This document shows positions 63,994 to 64,000 of a stretch of 64,000 bases of DNA, piece after piece. The DNA lies in NCBI GenBank assembly GCA_020638635.1, contig JACKIE010000002.1, positions 133,140 to 197,139 of the forward strand. The letters are read 5' to 3'. This DNA comes from Planctomycetota bacterium. Its GTDB lineage: Bacteria; Planctomycetota; UBA8742; UBA2392. A program made the position numbers and the translations under genes. The notes under the pieces were generated by a model. The model did no database searches. It saw only the letters and a list, made by a program, of their open reading frames with translations, and was not told the origin of the DNA. The stretch's first letter is position 1, and the number at the start of each line of letters is the position of its first letter.

Positions 63994-64000
63994 TTCGATG

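Overview
This is a high-GC, tightly packed bacterial chromosomal segment. Gene content suggests a PVC-type organism (Planctomycetota or Verrucomicrobiota-like), but that is inference only. I support about 50 protein-coding genes. I saw no rRNA, tRNA or CRISPR array.

Housekeeping genes:
- der, a nuoA-nuoB-orf-nuoC module, lgt, fmt, trxB and coaX.
- Two OsmC paralogues, a HAD hydrolase and two SAM methyltransferases.

Signalling genes:
- A PAS-HK-REC-REC-EAL hybrid kinase.
- An EIIA-type/DAC (c-di-AMP synthase) fusion.
- A double cNMP-binding protein.

Accessory content:
1. Surface proteins. A block of one small and three giant tandem paralogous surface proteins lies at 13.3-26.0 kb. A frameshifted fifth member lies at 46.9-48.8 kb. 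All five end in the same Gly-rich/Cys/TM/Arg C-terminal sorting-type signal. The three giant genes share identical terminator hairpins and a conserved 5' leader with a covarying hairpin.
2. Lipid supercluster (26.3-44.3 kb). It holds two tandem flavin-halogenase-like genes and an HExxH protein. These are divergent from oleABCD, an embedded GbsR/MarR-like regulator, and a KAS-ACP-2x CrtI-like FAD oxidoreductase-FabZ-FabI set.
3. Palindromic repeats inside that cluster. REP/REPIN-like elements are inserted in-frame in oleB, oleC and one oxidoreductase (twice). A complete REP-flanked RAYT-type Y1 transposase sits in-frame inside the FabZ-like gene. A GxxExxY gene flanked by 30-bp inverted repeats is wedged between oleB and oleC.
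4. A lower-GC, frameshift-dense stretch at 45.3-47.6 kb.

Many long ORFs in the six-frame track are antisense GC-shadow ORFs and were rejected.
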